This document shows positions 9,461 to 19,440 of a DNA stretch of 64,000 nt, in pieces. The stretch covers positions 1,060-65,059 of the forward strand of contig SKHG01000054.1 in assembly GCA_007117035.1 (NCBI GenBank), written 5' to 3'. Positions within the stretch are counted from its first letter, which is position 1, and each line of letters begins with the position of its first letter. The notes below the pieces were generated by a model. That model was not told the DNA's origin and made no database searches. It was given only the letters and a program-made list of their open reading frames with translations. The translations under genes and the position numbers were made by a program. Origin of the DNA: Candidatus Campbellbacteria bacterium (GTDB lineage Bacteria > Patescibacteriota > Minisyncoccia > Phycocordibacterales > CSBR16-193).

Positions 9461-9550
9461 TGGCGGAGAGTGCGGGATTCGAACCCGCGAGGGGTTTTAT
9501 CCCCTACCTCGTTAGCAGTGAGGCGCTTTCGACCACTCAGCCAACTCTCC
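9461..9550 (-). tRNA. tRNA-Ser (anticodon GCU), type II tRNA with long variable arm and encoded CCA
   Basis: The reverse complement folds as a cloverleaf. Acceptor stem GGAGAGT/ACTCTCC, 3-bp D-stem, anticodon loop CUGCUAA, 19-nt variable arm, T-loop TTCGAAT. Ends with GCCA. Confidence 0.85.
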
Positions 9551-9768
9551 ATATGTTATTTTTTTTATTGATCGAGATTCGATCTGTAAAAGGATGTTTC
9601 CTAACGGAAAACCAAGACCGTTTGTAGTTTCACCTTCCCTTTACACCATTAGACTATAACTCATCTTTTTAATATATCCAAGACTATAATACTCTAGTGT
9701 TTGCCCAGAACAAAGAAAATGATGTAGAATGACATAATATTACAAATAAATAATAAGGAATCATAAAT

Positions 9769-10158
9769 ATGTCTAGTAAGAAATCTGTTATCGCAATCGT
9801 TATACTTTTAGTAACTCTTTTGATAGTCTTTGCAATCACTAGTACTACAGAAGCACCTATAGAGTTATTTGAAGAAGGAGAAGACCAAATAACAGAAGAT
9901 TTGACGCTAAATTATACCAACACCGGCTTCTTGCCGGAAAACTTAACAATCTCAGTTGGTGATACTGTGGAGTTTTACAACAAGAGCGACAATCTTATGT
10001 GGGTTGCTTCTGACCCTCACCCATCTCACACAGACTACCCTGAGTTTGATCAAAATGAGCCTGAGGATTATTTTACCTTCACTTTCAATGAAACTGGTGA
10101 GTGGGCATTCCACAATCATCTAGTTCCGAGTCACACTGGAACAGTAAAGGTAGAGTAA
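9769..10158 (+). CDS. Secreted or membrane-anchored small protein with a beta-sandwich (cupredoxin-like?) domain
   Basis: 129 aa with an N-terminal signal/TM segment. The C-terminus is His-rich (HPSHTDYPEF, HNHLVPSHTG). No Cys is present, so a type-1 copper site is not supported. Confidence 0.3.
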   Translation: MSSKKSVIAIVILLVTLLIVFAITSTTEAPIELFEEGEDQITEDLTLNYTNTGFLPENLTISVGDTVEFYNKSDNLMWVASDPHPSHTDYPEFDQNEPEDYFTFTFNETGEWAFHNHLVPSHTGTVKVE

Positions 10159-10179
10159 AAAAGTACCCAAAGACCTAAA

Positions 10180-12351
10180 ATGTCTGAACTTAAAAAAATA
10201 CACCTAGAAGATCAACTGTCAGAACATTTTCGTCTTAACCCCAAACAAAAAATTGCACTAAAGAAAATGGGTTTGGAAACTGTCTGGGACCTATTACACC
10301 ATTTTCCAACTCGCTACGGTGAAGCTGGTGAAAGTAAATATATAAAAGACATAAACGAAGGTGAACTTGTGACTGTTTACGGAAGAGTTAAAAGTGTTTC
10401 AATCGGTAAAACATTTCGTGGCAAAGTTCCACAAGCCACCGCTTCAATAGTGGATGAAACCGGTCAGATAAACGCTATCTGGTTTCACCAACCATACATC
10501 GCCAAGATGCTATCGACCGGAGCGTTGGTTAAACTAGAAGGTCGAATCAGCAAAAGAAAAAACAGCTGGTGGAGTACCAACCCAAACATCTCGACTATTA
10601 AAAAGGTCCCTAACAAAATAGGAAACTCGCTTTTTAATAACGACAAGATGGAATTTCTTTTACCAACATATCCAGAGCGTCGAGGTATAACATCTCGCTG
10701 GATACATCATAGTCTAAAAAAAATCTTTCGTTCCACAGCGATTGATGAACTGATTGATCCTGTTTTACCTAAAATACTCGAAAAGTATCACCTACCACCA
10801 CTAAAAACTGCACTACACTGGATTCATCTCCCAAAAAAAGAAAATGATGCTCTCTCGGCACGTAAAAGATTTGCTTTCCAAGAAGTTTTTTTTATACAAC
10901 TCCAAAAACAACAGGAGCGAAAGAAAAGAGAAATTAAAGAATCCTTCGTTCTTGCCCACTCAGATTCTCACATTAAGGAATTTACAGAAAGATTCCCTTT
11001 CCCTTTAACCAAAGCACAAAAAAGAGCAATCAAGGAGATAAACAAAGACCTCTCAACTCCTGGAGCAATGTCTCGTCTCTTAGAAGGTGATGTTGGTTCG
11101 GGTAAAACTGCAGTCGCCGCCGCCTCGGCATACGCTGTAGTAACTACTCGACCTGAAAACCAAGATTTTGGACATTTACAGGTAGCATACATGGCACCAA
11201 CCGAAATCTTAGCACGCCAACAATTTGAAGACTTTATTAAACACTTCAGTTATCTGGGAATCCAGATCGGTTTTATAACATCAAGCGGTTGTCAAAAGTT
11301 TCCTTCCAAAGTTAACCCCCAAGAAGCAACTAAAATATCCAAAAAACAACTTCTAAAGTGGATTGAGAACGGTGAGGTACCAATCGTGGTCGGCACTCAT
11401 TCGTTGATTCAAAAGACGGTGAAGTTCAAAAATCTCGGCCTAGCTGTTATAGACGAACAACATCGTTTCGGAACTATTCAAAGATCAAATCTTATTCGAA
11501 AAGATAGTATCTCTCCCCACCTTCTATCAATGACTGCCACTCCAATCCCTAGAACCCTTGCTTTGACCATCTATGGTGACCTGGACCTAACTCTTCTCGA
11601 CGAGATGCCAAAAGGTCGTAAAGAAGCTATAACCGAGATAATCTCACCTGCTAAAAGAAAAAGTAGTTTAGAAAAGATAAGAATAGAATTAAAGAAAGGT
11701 AAACAAGCTTTTTTTATCTGCCCACGAATAGATGCGCCCGACCCAAACAAAGAAGGTTCTCTTCAAGCTGCCTCTGTTAAAGAGGAGGTGGAGTACCTAG
11801 AAAAGGATATCTTTCCAGAGTACAGAATCGCTCCTTTACACGGAAAAATGAAACCAAAAGAAAAGGAGGATACTATGAAAAAATTTGAAAAAGGTGAAAT
11901 TGATATTTTGGTCTCAACTTCGGTTGTAGAAGTTGGGGTTAACATTCCGAATGCTACTGTTATTGCAATTGAAGGTGCTGAACGTTTTGGACTCTCACAA
12001 CTTCACCAACTTCGTGGTCGAGTTTTGCGTAGCTCAGACCAAGCCTACTGTTATATATTCTCCGATACAGAAAACAAAAAAAGTTTAGAACGCCTACAGT
12101 CTTTAGTTAAAGCTAAAAACGGATTCGAACTAGCTGAGTACGATCTGGCTCAACGCGGTGCTGGTGAACTTTCTGGGAGGCGACAGTGGGGTGTCTCCGA
12201 TTTAGCAATGGAAGCAATTAAAAATCAAAAAATGGTCGAAGCAGCTCGCGAATCAGCTCGAGAGGTAATCGAGGATGATCCTGATTTACAAAAAAAAGAA
12301 CACTCACTTTTAAGCAAACAAATTTCAAAGAAATACCTACATTTTGAATAG
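10180..12351 (+). CDS. recG: ATP-dependent DNA helicase RecG
   Basis: 723 aa. N-terminal wedge/OB domain. Helicase motifs DVGSGKT, VIDEQHRFG, SMTATPIPRT and QLHQLRGRVLR. Confidence 0.85.
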   Translation: MSELKKIHLEDQLSEHFRLNPKQKIALKKMGLETVWDLLHHFPTRYGEAGESKYIKDINEGELVTVYGRVKSVSIGKTFRGKVPQATASIVDETGQINAIWFHQPYIAKMLSTGALVKLEGRISKRKNSWWSTNPNISTIKKVPNKIGNSLFNNDKMEFLLPTYPERRGITSRWIHHSLKKIFRSTAIDELIDPVLPKILEKYHLPPLKTALHWIHLPKKENDALSARKRFAFQEVFFIQLQKQQERKKREIKESFVLAHSDSHIKEFTERFPFPLTKAQKRAIKEINKDLSTPGAMSRLLEGDVGSGKTAVAAASAYAVVTTRPENQDFGHLQVAYMAPTEILARQQFEDFIKHFSYLGIQIGFITSSGCQKFPSKVNPQEATKISKKQLLKWIENGEVPIVVGTHSLIQKTVKFKNLGLAVIDEQHRFGTIQRSNLIRKDSISPHLLSMTATPIPRTLALTIYGDLDLTLLDEMPKGRKEAITEIISPAKRKSSLEKIRIELKKGKQAFFICPRIDAPDPNKEGSLQAASVKEEVEYLEKDIFPEYRIAPLHGKMKPKEKEDTMKKFEKGEIDILVSTSVVEVGVNIPNATVIAIEGAERFGLSQLHQLRGRVLRSSDQAYCYIFSDTENKKSLERLQSLVKAKNGFELAEYDLAQRGAGELSGRRQWGVSDLAMEAIKNQKMVEAARESAREVIEDDPDLQKKEHSLLSKQISKKYLHFE

Positions 12352-12404
12352 TACTAAGTTTTAACAAGATTCCTTACAAACTCTCAAAATCTTGAAAATG
12401 CTTG

Positions 12405-12478
12405 TCCGCCCTCTTGGACTCGAACCAAGGACCTCGAAGGTATAAGCTTCGTGCTCTAACCAGCTGAGCTAAGGGCGG
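12405..12478 (-). tRNA. tRNA-Ile with anticodon UAU (AUA decoder); CCA not encoded
   Basis: The reverse complement folds as CCGCCCT-TA-GCTC-AGCTGGTTA-GAGC-A-CGAAG-CTTATAC-CTTCG-AGGTC-CTTGG-TTCGAGT-CCAAG-AGGGCGG-A. The D-loop, variable loop and T-loop resemble bacterial tRNA-Ile. The anticodon loop reads C-U-UAU-A-C. Confidence 0.7.
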
Positions 12479-12582
12479 ACAAGTACTTCCAATTTTCTTT
12501 TTTTAATAATACAAGCTATAAATACTTTTGCACACTGCTCATACTATACCAAAAAATTTCGTTTTCAAGTCAAAATCAAAAT

Positions 12583-13428
12583 TTAAACCAAAGTATAAAC
12601 ATCTTGGTTTGTTTCACTAACTCCAATAAAAGTTCCTTCACCGTTTATAACACGAGCCAAATCTCGACACGCAAAACAACCGTCTTCGCCATGTGGACAA
12701 AGAAACTCTTTTTTCTCACGAGCTTCTTTCACTCTTAAAGCAACCTCCAAGACATCCTTTTTGGCCTGCTCGTATTCTGGCAGATCTTTACCTTCCAGTT
12801 CATCAGATCTATCCAGATACCAATAACTAACCTTCTCAACCTTTCTTTTCTGAGAGTTAGTTGCCAACAGAAGATAGATTGGTAACTGTAAAGAACCTGT
12901 TTTTTCATCTCTTTTACCGGTTTTGAAATCGATGATATGTATTCCATCACTTTCCGGTAAGTACTCAATCCAATCAACTTTACCACAAAGAATAATATTA
13001 TCTTCTTCGGATAAGTAAAAATTGGGAGGCATACCACCACTGTGTAGTGGCAGACGAAGGGCAGGTTTAACAAGTGGCCCTGGGTTTTTAATTACACGAT
13101 CGATCATCACTCGACCACGTTGCTTCATCTCCTCTTCTTCGTCTTTATCATTAAAACCACCCTTAGTTCCAGAAACCTTACTCCACTCTGCTTCAAACCT
13201 TTTTATAATCGGTTGATCCAATCTTTTATCGGCCGGTACCAAAGCTAATGGTTCAATAACATTGTGGACTGCTGAACCTAGCGCCAAAGCAGGATTGATT
13301 ATCGAAATCTTTCGACCAGTTTTTGGATCCTTGTATACATTGTTTAGATAGTATGCTCTTGGGCAGGTTAAGAAATCTCCCATAGAAGAGTGAGAGACCC
13401 AGACTGCTTTATATTTATCAGGTGCCAT
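12583..13428 (-). CDS. PD-(D/E)XK nuclease superfamily protein, RecB/Cas4-like, with a C-terminal Cys cluster
   Basis: Nuclease core motif IIDFKTGK, with upstream D/E residues. Four Cys are present (FLTCPRAYY ... CPHGEDGCFAC), as in the Fe-S-binding Cas4/AddB nuclease domains. The likely start is the internal Met (MAPDKYKAVW). The ORF track extends to 13467, which would overlap the fur-like gene. Confidence 0.55.
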   Translation of the reverse strand: MAPDKYKAVWVSHSSMGDFLTCPRAYYLNNVYKDPKTGRKISIINPALALGSAVHNVIEPLALVPADKRLDQPIIKRFEAEWSKVSGTKGGFNDKDEEEEMKQRGRVMIDRVIKNPGPLVKPALRLPLHSGGMPPNFYLSEEDNIILCGKVDWIEYLPESDGIHIIDFKTGKRDEKTGSLQLPIYLLLATNSQKRKVEKVSYWYLDRSDELEGKDLPEYEQAKKDVLEVALRVKEAREKKEFLCPHGEDGCFACRDLARVINGEGTFIGVSETNQDVYTLV

Positions 13429-13432
13429 AATA

Positions 13433-13783
13433 TTAAATCTTTTTATCTGAACACTTTTGACATTCACCTTTTACTAAAACATCACTAACTATAAATTTTT
13501 GACCCTTTGTTAAGGTGGAACGATTAAATTTCAATACTTCAACTAAGCCACAACACTTACAAATAAAGTGATCGTGGGATTTTTGTTCGTCATTTAGTTC
13601 ATAAACAACCACATCTTTATCTAGCACAACCTTTTTAATCTCACCATCCTTAACTAACTGGTTAACATTTCGAAAGATTGTTGAGTAATCAGCTTGAGGA
13701 ACTTTTTTGTGTATCTCAGCTATACTCAACAGATGACTCCTTTTTAACAAAGAAAGGATTTTAGTCTTATATTTTGTGGCCAT
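13433..13783 (-). CDS. Fur-family transcriptional regulator (Fur/Zur/PerR-like)
   Basis: 116 aa. N-terminal wHTH. C-terminal metal-site residues HDHFICKCCG ... CQKC, typical of Fur-family dimerisation and metal domains. Confidence 0.7.
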   Translation of the reverse strand: MATKYKTKILSLLKRSHLLSIAEIHKKVPQADYSTIFRNVNQLVKDGEIKKVVLDKDVVVYELNDEQKSHDHFICKCCGLVEVLKFNRSTLTKGQKFIVSDVLVKGECQKCSDKKI

Positions 13784-13794
13784 ATTTTAAGAAA

Positions 13795-15777
13795 CTAAAC
13801 GGAGTGTGCTCTCTCAACTATATCTTGATCTTTTTCCCTATCAGTCTTTTTTATTGGATCTATTCCATGAGCAATCAAAATATCTTCATATTCTTTTCTT
13901 TCTAGAGTTTCAGCGTCAACTAATTTTTTGGCGATCGATTCCATAACATTTTTATTTTTTGTTAGAACATCAAGAGCAACTGCTAACGCATTATTAATGA
14001 TAGAAGCAACTTCGCTATCTATCTTGGAACTAACTTCCTCTGAATACTCTATTCCCTCGCCAGGTTGACTGTGAGGAGAAAGACCTGCCGACTCAACAAA
14101 AGCGATTGGACCAACACTTTCAGACATTCCGTATTTGGTAACCATACTACGAGCCAACGCTGAGGAAACCTGCAGGTCATTGGACGAACCAGTAGTAAGA
14201 TCATTGAAGATCATTTGTTCGGCCACATACCCACCCAAAGAAACAGCGATGTCGTCAAGAAACTCTTTTTTAGACTGCATTCGTCTGTCTTCTGAAGGAA
14301 GTTTCAAAGTATATCCAGCTGCTCGACCACGAGAAATGACCGATATTTTATGAACCGGATCAGCATAAGGTAAAATAGAAGCAATTAAAGCGTGACCGGC
14401 TTCGTGATAGGCTGTTATCTCTTTTTCTCTTTTTGACAGAATATGACTACGTCTCTCAGGACCAAGCATTACTTTCTCAATAGAACGAATTAGATCGAAC
14501 TGAGCAATCTGTTTACGGCTCTCACGCGCAGCTAAAATAGCTGCCTCGTTTACAAGTGAGTAGATATCAGCACCTGAAAATCCTGGTGTTCTTTCGGCAA
14601 TAACTGGAAAACTTACATCCTCGCCTAGTGGTATCTTTCGAGATTGAACCTTTAGTATTGCCTCTCGATCCTTTCTGTCTGGAAGATCAATGGTTACCCT
14701 TCGGTCAAATCTTCCTGGTCGAAGCAAGGCTGGATCCAAAACATCTGGTCTGTTTGTGGCAGCCATAATTATTACTTTTTCGTGAGGTTCAAAACCGTCC
14801 ATCTCAACCAATATCTGATTTAAGGTTTGTTCTCTTTCATCATTTCCACCACCAACTCCAGTTCCTCGTACCCTACCAATTGCATCAATTTCATCGATAA
14901 ATATAATAACTGGTGAGTTCTGTTTAGCTAGTTTAAAGAGATCTCGAACACGACTAGCACCAACACCAACAAACATCTCCACAAACTCAGATCCTGAAAT
15001 TGAGAAGAAAGCTACTCGAGCTTCTCCAGCAACAGCTCTTGCCAGCAAGGTCTTTCCTGTTCCAGGTGCTCCCATCATCAAAATACCTTTTGGAATTTTT
15101 GCTCCAATATCAATAAACTTTTTTGGAAACTTCAAAAAATCTACAATCTCAGTTAATTCCTCTTTAGCTTCCTTAGCACCCGCCACATCCTTAAATGTTA
15201 CCCTCTGTTTTTTATCGTGAGGCAAAATCATTCGCGCTTTAGACTGACCAAAAGTAAAGGCTTGCATCCCTGCTCCTTTAGCTTGGCGCAGAATAAACCA
15301 CAGAATCAAAATTATTAACATTAGAGGCAACAGAAATGGACCAAGTGTCATCATCCAGTAACCAAATCCGGTTGGATGTTTAACATCTATATCAATTACT
15401 CTTAGCTCTTCGGAAGTTACTCCATAATTAACCAAAGTCTCTGATAGAGCTGTGCCGTCTTCTTTGCGTGACTCTCTTTCTGTTCCATCAATATACATAA
15501 TCTCTATAGCAGAACCCCGAACGGTTATACTTTCAACTTCACTAGCAGAGATATCATTTGCTAGCCTTGAAAGTGAAATCTCTTCAATATTTTCTTGAGA
15601 TGATAATAGTGAATAGATTAAAACCACCATTAAAAAAACTAAGGTTATGGTCACAAAATTATTCCAAAAACTACCAGAGGAAGATTTTGATGTTTTAGGG
15701 TTTAAAACTGGACCTCTTCTTTCGGGTTCTGAACTTTTATTTTTTTTATTATTGTTTGGTCGATCAAAAAGACTCAT
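13795..15777 (-). CDS. ftsH: ATP-dependent zinc metalloprotease FtsH
   Basis: 660 aa. TM helices, AAA Walker [12 protein letters not shown] region, HEAGH zinc motif. Confidence 0.9.
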   Translation of the reverse strand: MSLFDRPNNNKKNKSSEPERRGPVLNPKTSKSSSGSFWNNFVTITLVFLMVVLIYSLLSSQENIEEISLSRLANDISASEVESITVRGSAIEIMYIDGTERESRKEDGTALSETLVNYGVTSEELRVIDIDVKHPTGFGYWMMTLGPFLLPLMLIILILWFILRQAKGAGMQAFTFGQSKARMILPHDKKQRVTFKDVAGAKEAKEELTEIVDFLKFPKKFIDIGAKIPKGILMMGAPGTGKTLLARAVAGEARVAFFSISGSEFVEMFVGVGASRVRDLFKLAKQNSPVIIFIDEIDAIGRVRGTGVGGGNDEREQTLNQILVEMDGFEPHEKVIIMAATNRPDVLDPALLRPGRFDRRVTIDLPDRKDREAILKVQSRKIPLGEDVSFPVIAERTPGFSGADIYSLVNEAAILAARESRKQIAQFDLIRSIEKVMLGPERRSHILSKREKEITAYHEAGHALIASILPYADPVHKISVISRGRAAGYTLKLPSEDRRMQSKKEFLDDIAVSLGGYVAEQMIFNDLTTGSSNDLQVSSALARSMVTKYGMSESVGPIAFVESAGLSPHSQPGEGIEYSEEVSSKIDSEVASIINNALAVALDVLTKNKNVMESIAKKLVDAETLERKEYEDILIAHGIDPIKKTDREKDQDIVERAHSV

Positions 15778-15871
15778 AATTTATGATATTAAGTATTTTA
15801 TTGTAACATCAAATTAACAAAAAAGAAAAATCTTGCAAGACTAACTCTTTTTTCTTTGATACTATTGATTT

Positions 15872-16321
15872 ATGAGTTTAATTAGAAACAAGAAAGCAAC
15901 CTTAAACTTCGAAATAATAGACAAATTTGAAGCTGGTGTAGAACTCTTCGGATTTGAGGTTAAATCAATTAGGAACAAAAGAGGTTCTCTTGATGGTTCA
16001 TATGTAAAAATACGTGGAGGTGAAGCTTTTCTAGTTAACGCCCACATACCAAGCTTTCAACCAGCTAACTCCCCCGAAAGTTTTGACCCTTATCGCACAC
16101 GAAAACTACTGCTTAATAAAAAAGAGCTACACGAACTTACTGAAAAAGAAAAAGAACGGGGTTTGACACTAGTCCCATTATCGATGTATAATAAAGGTCG
16201 GTTGATAAAGCTTGAATTTGCAGTTGCACGTGGTAAAAAAAAGTACGACAAGCGTCAAGACATTAAAAGACGAGACACAGAACGAGATATTAAACGTGAA
16301 TTTAAAGCCAGACTCAACTAG
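15872..16321 (+). CDS. smpB: SsrA-binding protein SmpB
   Basis: 149 aa. Conserved SmpB N-terminal block (ATLNFEIIDKFEAGVELFGFEVKSIR) and a basic C-tail. Confidence 0.9.
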   Translation: MSLIRNKKATLNFEIIDKFEAGVELFGFEVKSIRNKRGSLDGSYVKIRGGEAFLVNAHIPSFQPANSPESFDPYRTRKLLLNKKELHELTEKEKERGLTLVPLSMYNKGRLIKLEFAVARGKKKYDKRQDIKRRDTERDIKREFKARLN

Positions 16322-16385
16322 AACATTGACATATAGTGTCGATCTTTCACCAAGCCTTTTTAAATTTTTAAATTAAAAATGCTTG

Positions 16386-16786
16386 GGGGATGATCGGCTT
16401 CGATAAAAGGCCCAGAATTGTTTACGCGCAAGGCAGAGATCCAGAATCTCTTAAAACTTCTGGAAAAATATAAGTGCAGAATCAATCGCACAAAAGGCTA
16501 AAGCAGTTGTTTCTCCATATTTTGGAGCCAACGACTTTGCCTACGCTTACGCTGCTTAAGTAGCGAGGCTCATCCTGCTACATGATGTCCAATATTGTAA
16601 TCAGGGTGTCAAATTCATTGGAATAGGATAACTACTCTCCTCGATAGATATCTAAAACAAAGAGGATCGCAGATCTGTGATTTCGTTTACTTTAGACACA
16701 GCTCTGTTAAATCAAAAAGTAAACTAAGCCCTGTAGAACCGTAACCATTCTCCTTTTACACGCGGGTTCGATTCCCGCCGTCTCCA
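16386..16786 (+). ncRNA. ssrA: tmRNA (ssrA); encoded tag peptide ANDFAYAYAA
   Basis: Lies directly downstream of smpB. The 5' end GGGGAUG pairs with the 3' end CGUCUCC-A to form a tRNA-like acceptor stem. T-arm GCGGGUUCGAUUCCCGC lies near the 3' end. Internal tag reading frame is GCC AAC GAC TTT GCC TAC GCT TAC GCT GCT TAA. Confidence 0.8.
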
Positions 16787-16796
16787 CACTATTCAA

Positions 16797-16830
16797 CAAT
16801 ACCGCCATTTAGGCGGTATTGTTTTTTATA
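16797..16830 (+). terminator. Rho-independent terminator after ssrA
   Basis: Hairpin ataccgcc-attt-aggcggtat followed by the T-run tgtttttt. Confidence 0.5.
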
Positions 16831-16898
16831 CAAACATTATGTACTAATTCACTAAAAGTAATTTTTGTGTTCATTTAGATCGTATTTTAAGTAGAATC

Positions 16899-18179
16899 TT
16901 ATTTAATCAAATTTTTTAACACTTTCAGAGTGTAGTTACTGTCATTACCAAAAATATGCACGATCACATCTCCCTCTTCAGACAAGGAGAGTGCTTTTTC
17001 TAAAGCTTTATTTTCAGGAATGACTCGATAAACTGAATTTTGTTTACTTGTATGTTTTTTTATTTCATCAAACACAATAGCAGACACTTCACCAACATCT
17101 CTGTGCCACTTTTTCCTCAAATCTTTCAACGGTTGTCTGGTTACACCATCGACTTTATCGTAAACAACCACTGTATCAAAGACATTGGCAATTTCGCGAG
17201 AATAGTTTCTAAGTTGTTTATCAGTTCTATCAACAGCAAATCTTATAACTCCAATTGTTTTACGTTTCGATATATGTGAAGCTAAATTACCAATTGCCTT
17301 TAAAGAAAACTTCTCGTGAGCATAATCAACTATAATATCAACATTTTTCTTTTTATATTTGTATCGCAACAATCGTCCTTCTTTTTTTTCATCCGCTGAA
17401 TAATTTATCAAAGCTTCTTGCATTAATTTTGGTATTCTTTTCTGCCCCTGTTCCACAAAAATACAAGCTACTGCAAACAAAAGATTGTAGACCGATGGCA
17501 AGTAGTATCCTTCAAAAATCCAAGATATTTTATTTGTTTCAAATAATTTAGTCTGTCCTTCTTTAGTCAGGACAAGAACTTTATGATCCTTCCAAGTTAT
17601 AGCCTTACCACCTCGAGACAAATGATCATCAAGATCAAAGGCTGAAAAATCTAAACCGACGGGAATCAAAGTTAAATTTCTTTCAGTTTCAGATTTAACC
17701 TTTTTCAACTGCTCAACCACCAAAACATCATCTGCATTAAAAACCAACGCGCCATCAAGTTTAACTCTGGCAAACAAACGACCTTTCTCTCTTGCTAAGG
17801 CTCGGCGTGATTTAAGTCTGGAACCTATATGATCTTCAAATATATTGGTTAGAACTCCTATATCATGAGCTCTGTAACCCATACCGGGTAAAGCACTGGA
17901 ACCGATAGACATCTCTAGTATGGCAACAGAGTTATTTTTGTCTTTTAATTCATAAAGAAAGCGACCCGGACAAACCGAAGGAACCAAGTCATAAAGTTTA
18001 ACCCCGTCTTTTAAAGTACTCTTTCTTTTACCATCTAGGTAATGTCCATGAGTATCAACAAGCAAAGTAGGTCTTTTTGTTGTTCGATAAGCCGAATCCA
18101 GTAATCTAACCACAGTTGTTTTACCTTTAGTACCGGTAACAGAAATTATCTTCGGCCCATGATCTTGTGCTTCAGTCAT
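16899..18179 (-). CDS. Mur-ligase-family amide ligase, PgsB/CapB-like (poly-gamma-glutamate synthase-like)
   Basis: 426 aa. Mur ligase P-loop ISVTGTKGKTTV. The block VLTNIFEDHIGSRL closely resembles the PgsB/CapB block VNVLEDHMDVMG. Confidence 0.5.
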   Translation of the reverse strand: MTEAQDHGPKIISVTGTKGKTTVVRLLDSAYRTTKRPTLLVDTHGHYLDGKRKSTLKDGVKLYDLVPSVCPGRFLYELKDKNNSVAILEMSIGSSALPGMGYRAHDIGVLTNIFEDHIGSRLKSRRALAREKGRLFARVKLDGALVFNADDVLVVEQLKKVKSETERNLTLIPVGLDFSAFDLDDHLSRGGKAITWKDHKVLVLTKEGQTKLFETNKISWIFEGYYLPSVYNLLFAVACIFVEQGQKRIPKLMQEALINYSADEKKEGRLLRYKYKKKNVDIIVDYAHEKFSLKAIGNLASHISKRKTIGVIRFAVDRTDKQLRNYSREIANVFDTVVVYDKVDGVTRQPLKDLRKKWHRDVGEVSAIVFDEIKKHTSKQNSVYRVIPENKALEKALSLSEEGDVIVHIFGNDSNYTLKVLKNLIK

Positions 18180-18334
18180 TGTAAATAAAATTAATTAATT
18201 AAAGACAAATATTATTCTACATAACCCTTAACTAAATTAAAAGAACTATAAACCTCTACTACCCTAACTACTAGAAAATATCACCGACCTAATATGTGTG
18301 GTTTAAGAATAGTTTGTACGATAGAGAGAAAAGA

Positions 18335-19030
18335 CTAATCCTCTTTTTGTTCAGACTCCAACCTAGATAGTTCATTTTCTATAACTTCCTGGAAGGACTG
18401 GAAGGGTTTGGCACCCAACACCATCTCATCGTTTACAAGAAAAGAAGGTGTGCCAGAAAAACCAGCTGCTTGACCCTCGCTTAAATTATCTGCAACATCT
18501 TGTTGATAGTGTCTTTCATTAAAACACGACACTAATCGATCACTATCCAGGCCTAAAAATTCAGCATAGGCTCGATGAATCTCTGGATTGGACCAACGAC
18601 CTCTGTCCTGACTATGTCGAGAATACAAAACATCATGATACTCCCAAAAAGCCCCCTGTTCTTCTGCACAGTGCGCAGCCTCAGAAGCCCGATTTCCTCC
18701 AACTACTGGTAAATCTTTGTAAGTATAACGAACCAAGCCTTTTTCAATGTAATTAGTTTTAATTGGACTAAGAGTTTGTTCCCAAAATCTAGCACAGAAT
18801 GGACAAGCATAATCAGAGTACTCGATCATCTCTATTGGTGCTTGAGGATCTCCAACCGAAAAACCATCCACTGAAGTCCATTTCTTCAACGAGACCGAGG
18901 TTTGTAATTCTTCTTGTGTAAGAATTGGTCCTTCTTCTATCACATCTTCAGAGTTCTGAACAAAATAGAAAGAACCAGCTATTAATAAACCAGCGAAGAG
19001 TATAGAAAGAGGTGTTAGGTATTTTTGCAT
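18335..19030 (-). CDS. DsbA-like thiol:disulfide oxidoreductase (thioredoxin fold), membrane-anchored or secreted
   Basis: 231 aa. N-terminal TM/signal segment. CPFC active-site motif in a DsbA-like context (YSDYACPFCARF). Confidence 0.7.
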   Translation of the reverse strand: MQKYLTPLSILFAGLLIAGSFYFVQNSEDVIEEGPILTQEELQTSVSLKKWTSVDGFSVGDPQAPIEMIEYSDYACPFCARFWEQTLSPIKTNYIEKGLVRYTYKDLPVVGGNRASEAAHCAEEQGAFWEYHDVLYSRHSQDRGRWSNPEIHRAYAEFLGLDSDRLVSCFNERHYQQDVADNLSEGQAAGFSGTPSFLVNDEMVLGAKPFQSFQEVIENELSRLESEQKED

Positions 19031-19440
19031 AACTATAAATTTAGAATTAACTTTTAATCTTCTTGGTGATAATAGCAGACAGAGAAGAACAAAACAATAA
19101 AAAAATACTGGTCAGTTAAATTAACTTCAGATTATCTAAAAATGTAAAAATAAATAAATAATTTAACGAAAAAATCCTTCCCAGTAAAAAGGTTGACAAT
19201 AAATTAATTCCTGTCATCATTAAACAGTTCTCACTATTTAGGCACCAAAGGTGACCTAATAATAAGAGAATAATTAAACAAATAAAATAGATTATGAAAA
19301 AAATATCAACAGTTCAAAAAAAAGACCAACTGATTTATTCACAGTTATTTCGGTAACCTCCACACTGGTTTTTAATAAAATTAGAAAAATTAAAACAGCT
19401 ACTTCTGGTTTTAATTCTTGTTATAAATAATCTAATAGTT

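Noticed and set aside
9769-10158. Blue-copper (cupredoxin) electron carrier
   Set aside because: The His-rich C-terminus looked plastocyanin-like, but no Cys ligand is present. A functional type-1 copper site is therefore not supported, and the gene is called only a secreted beta-sandwich protein.
16386-16786. Whether the unusual tmRNA tag (ANDFAYAYAA) indicates a mis-called frame
   Set aside because: The tag begins with the canonical Ala resume codon, ends in AA followed by TAA, and sits in the expected position between the tRNA-like ends. It is accepted as a lineage-specific tag and not reported as an anomaly.
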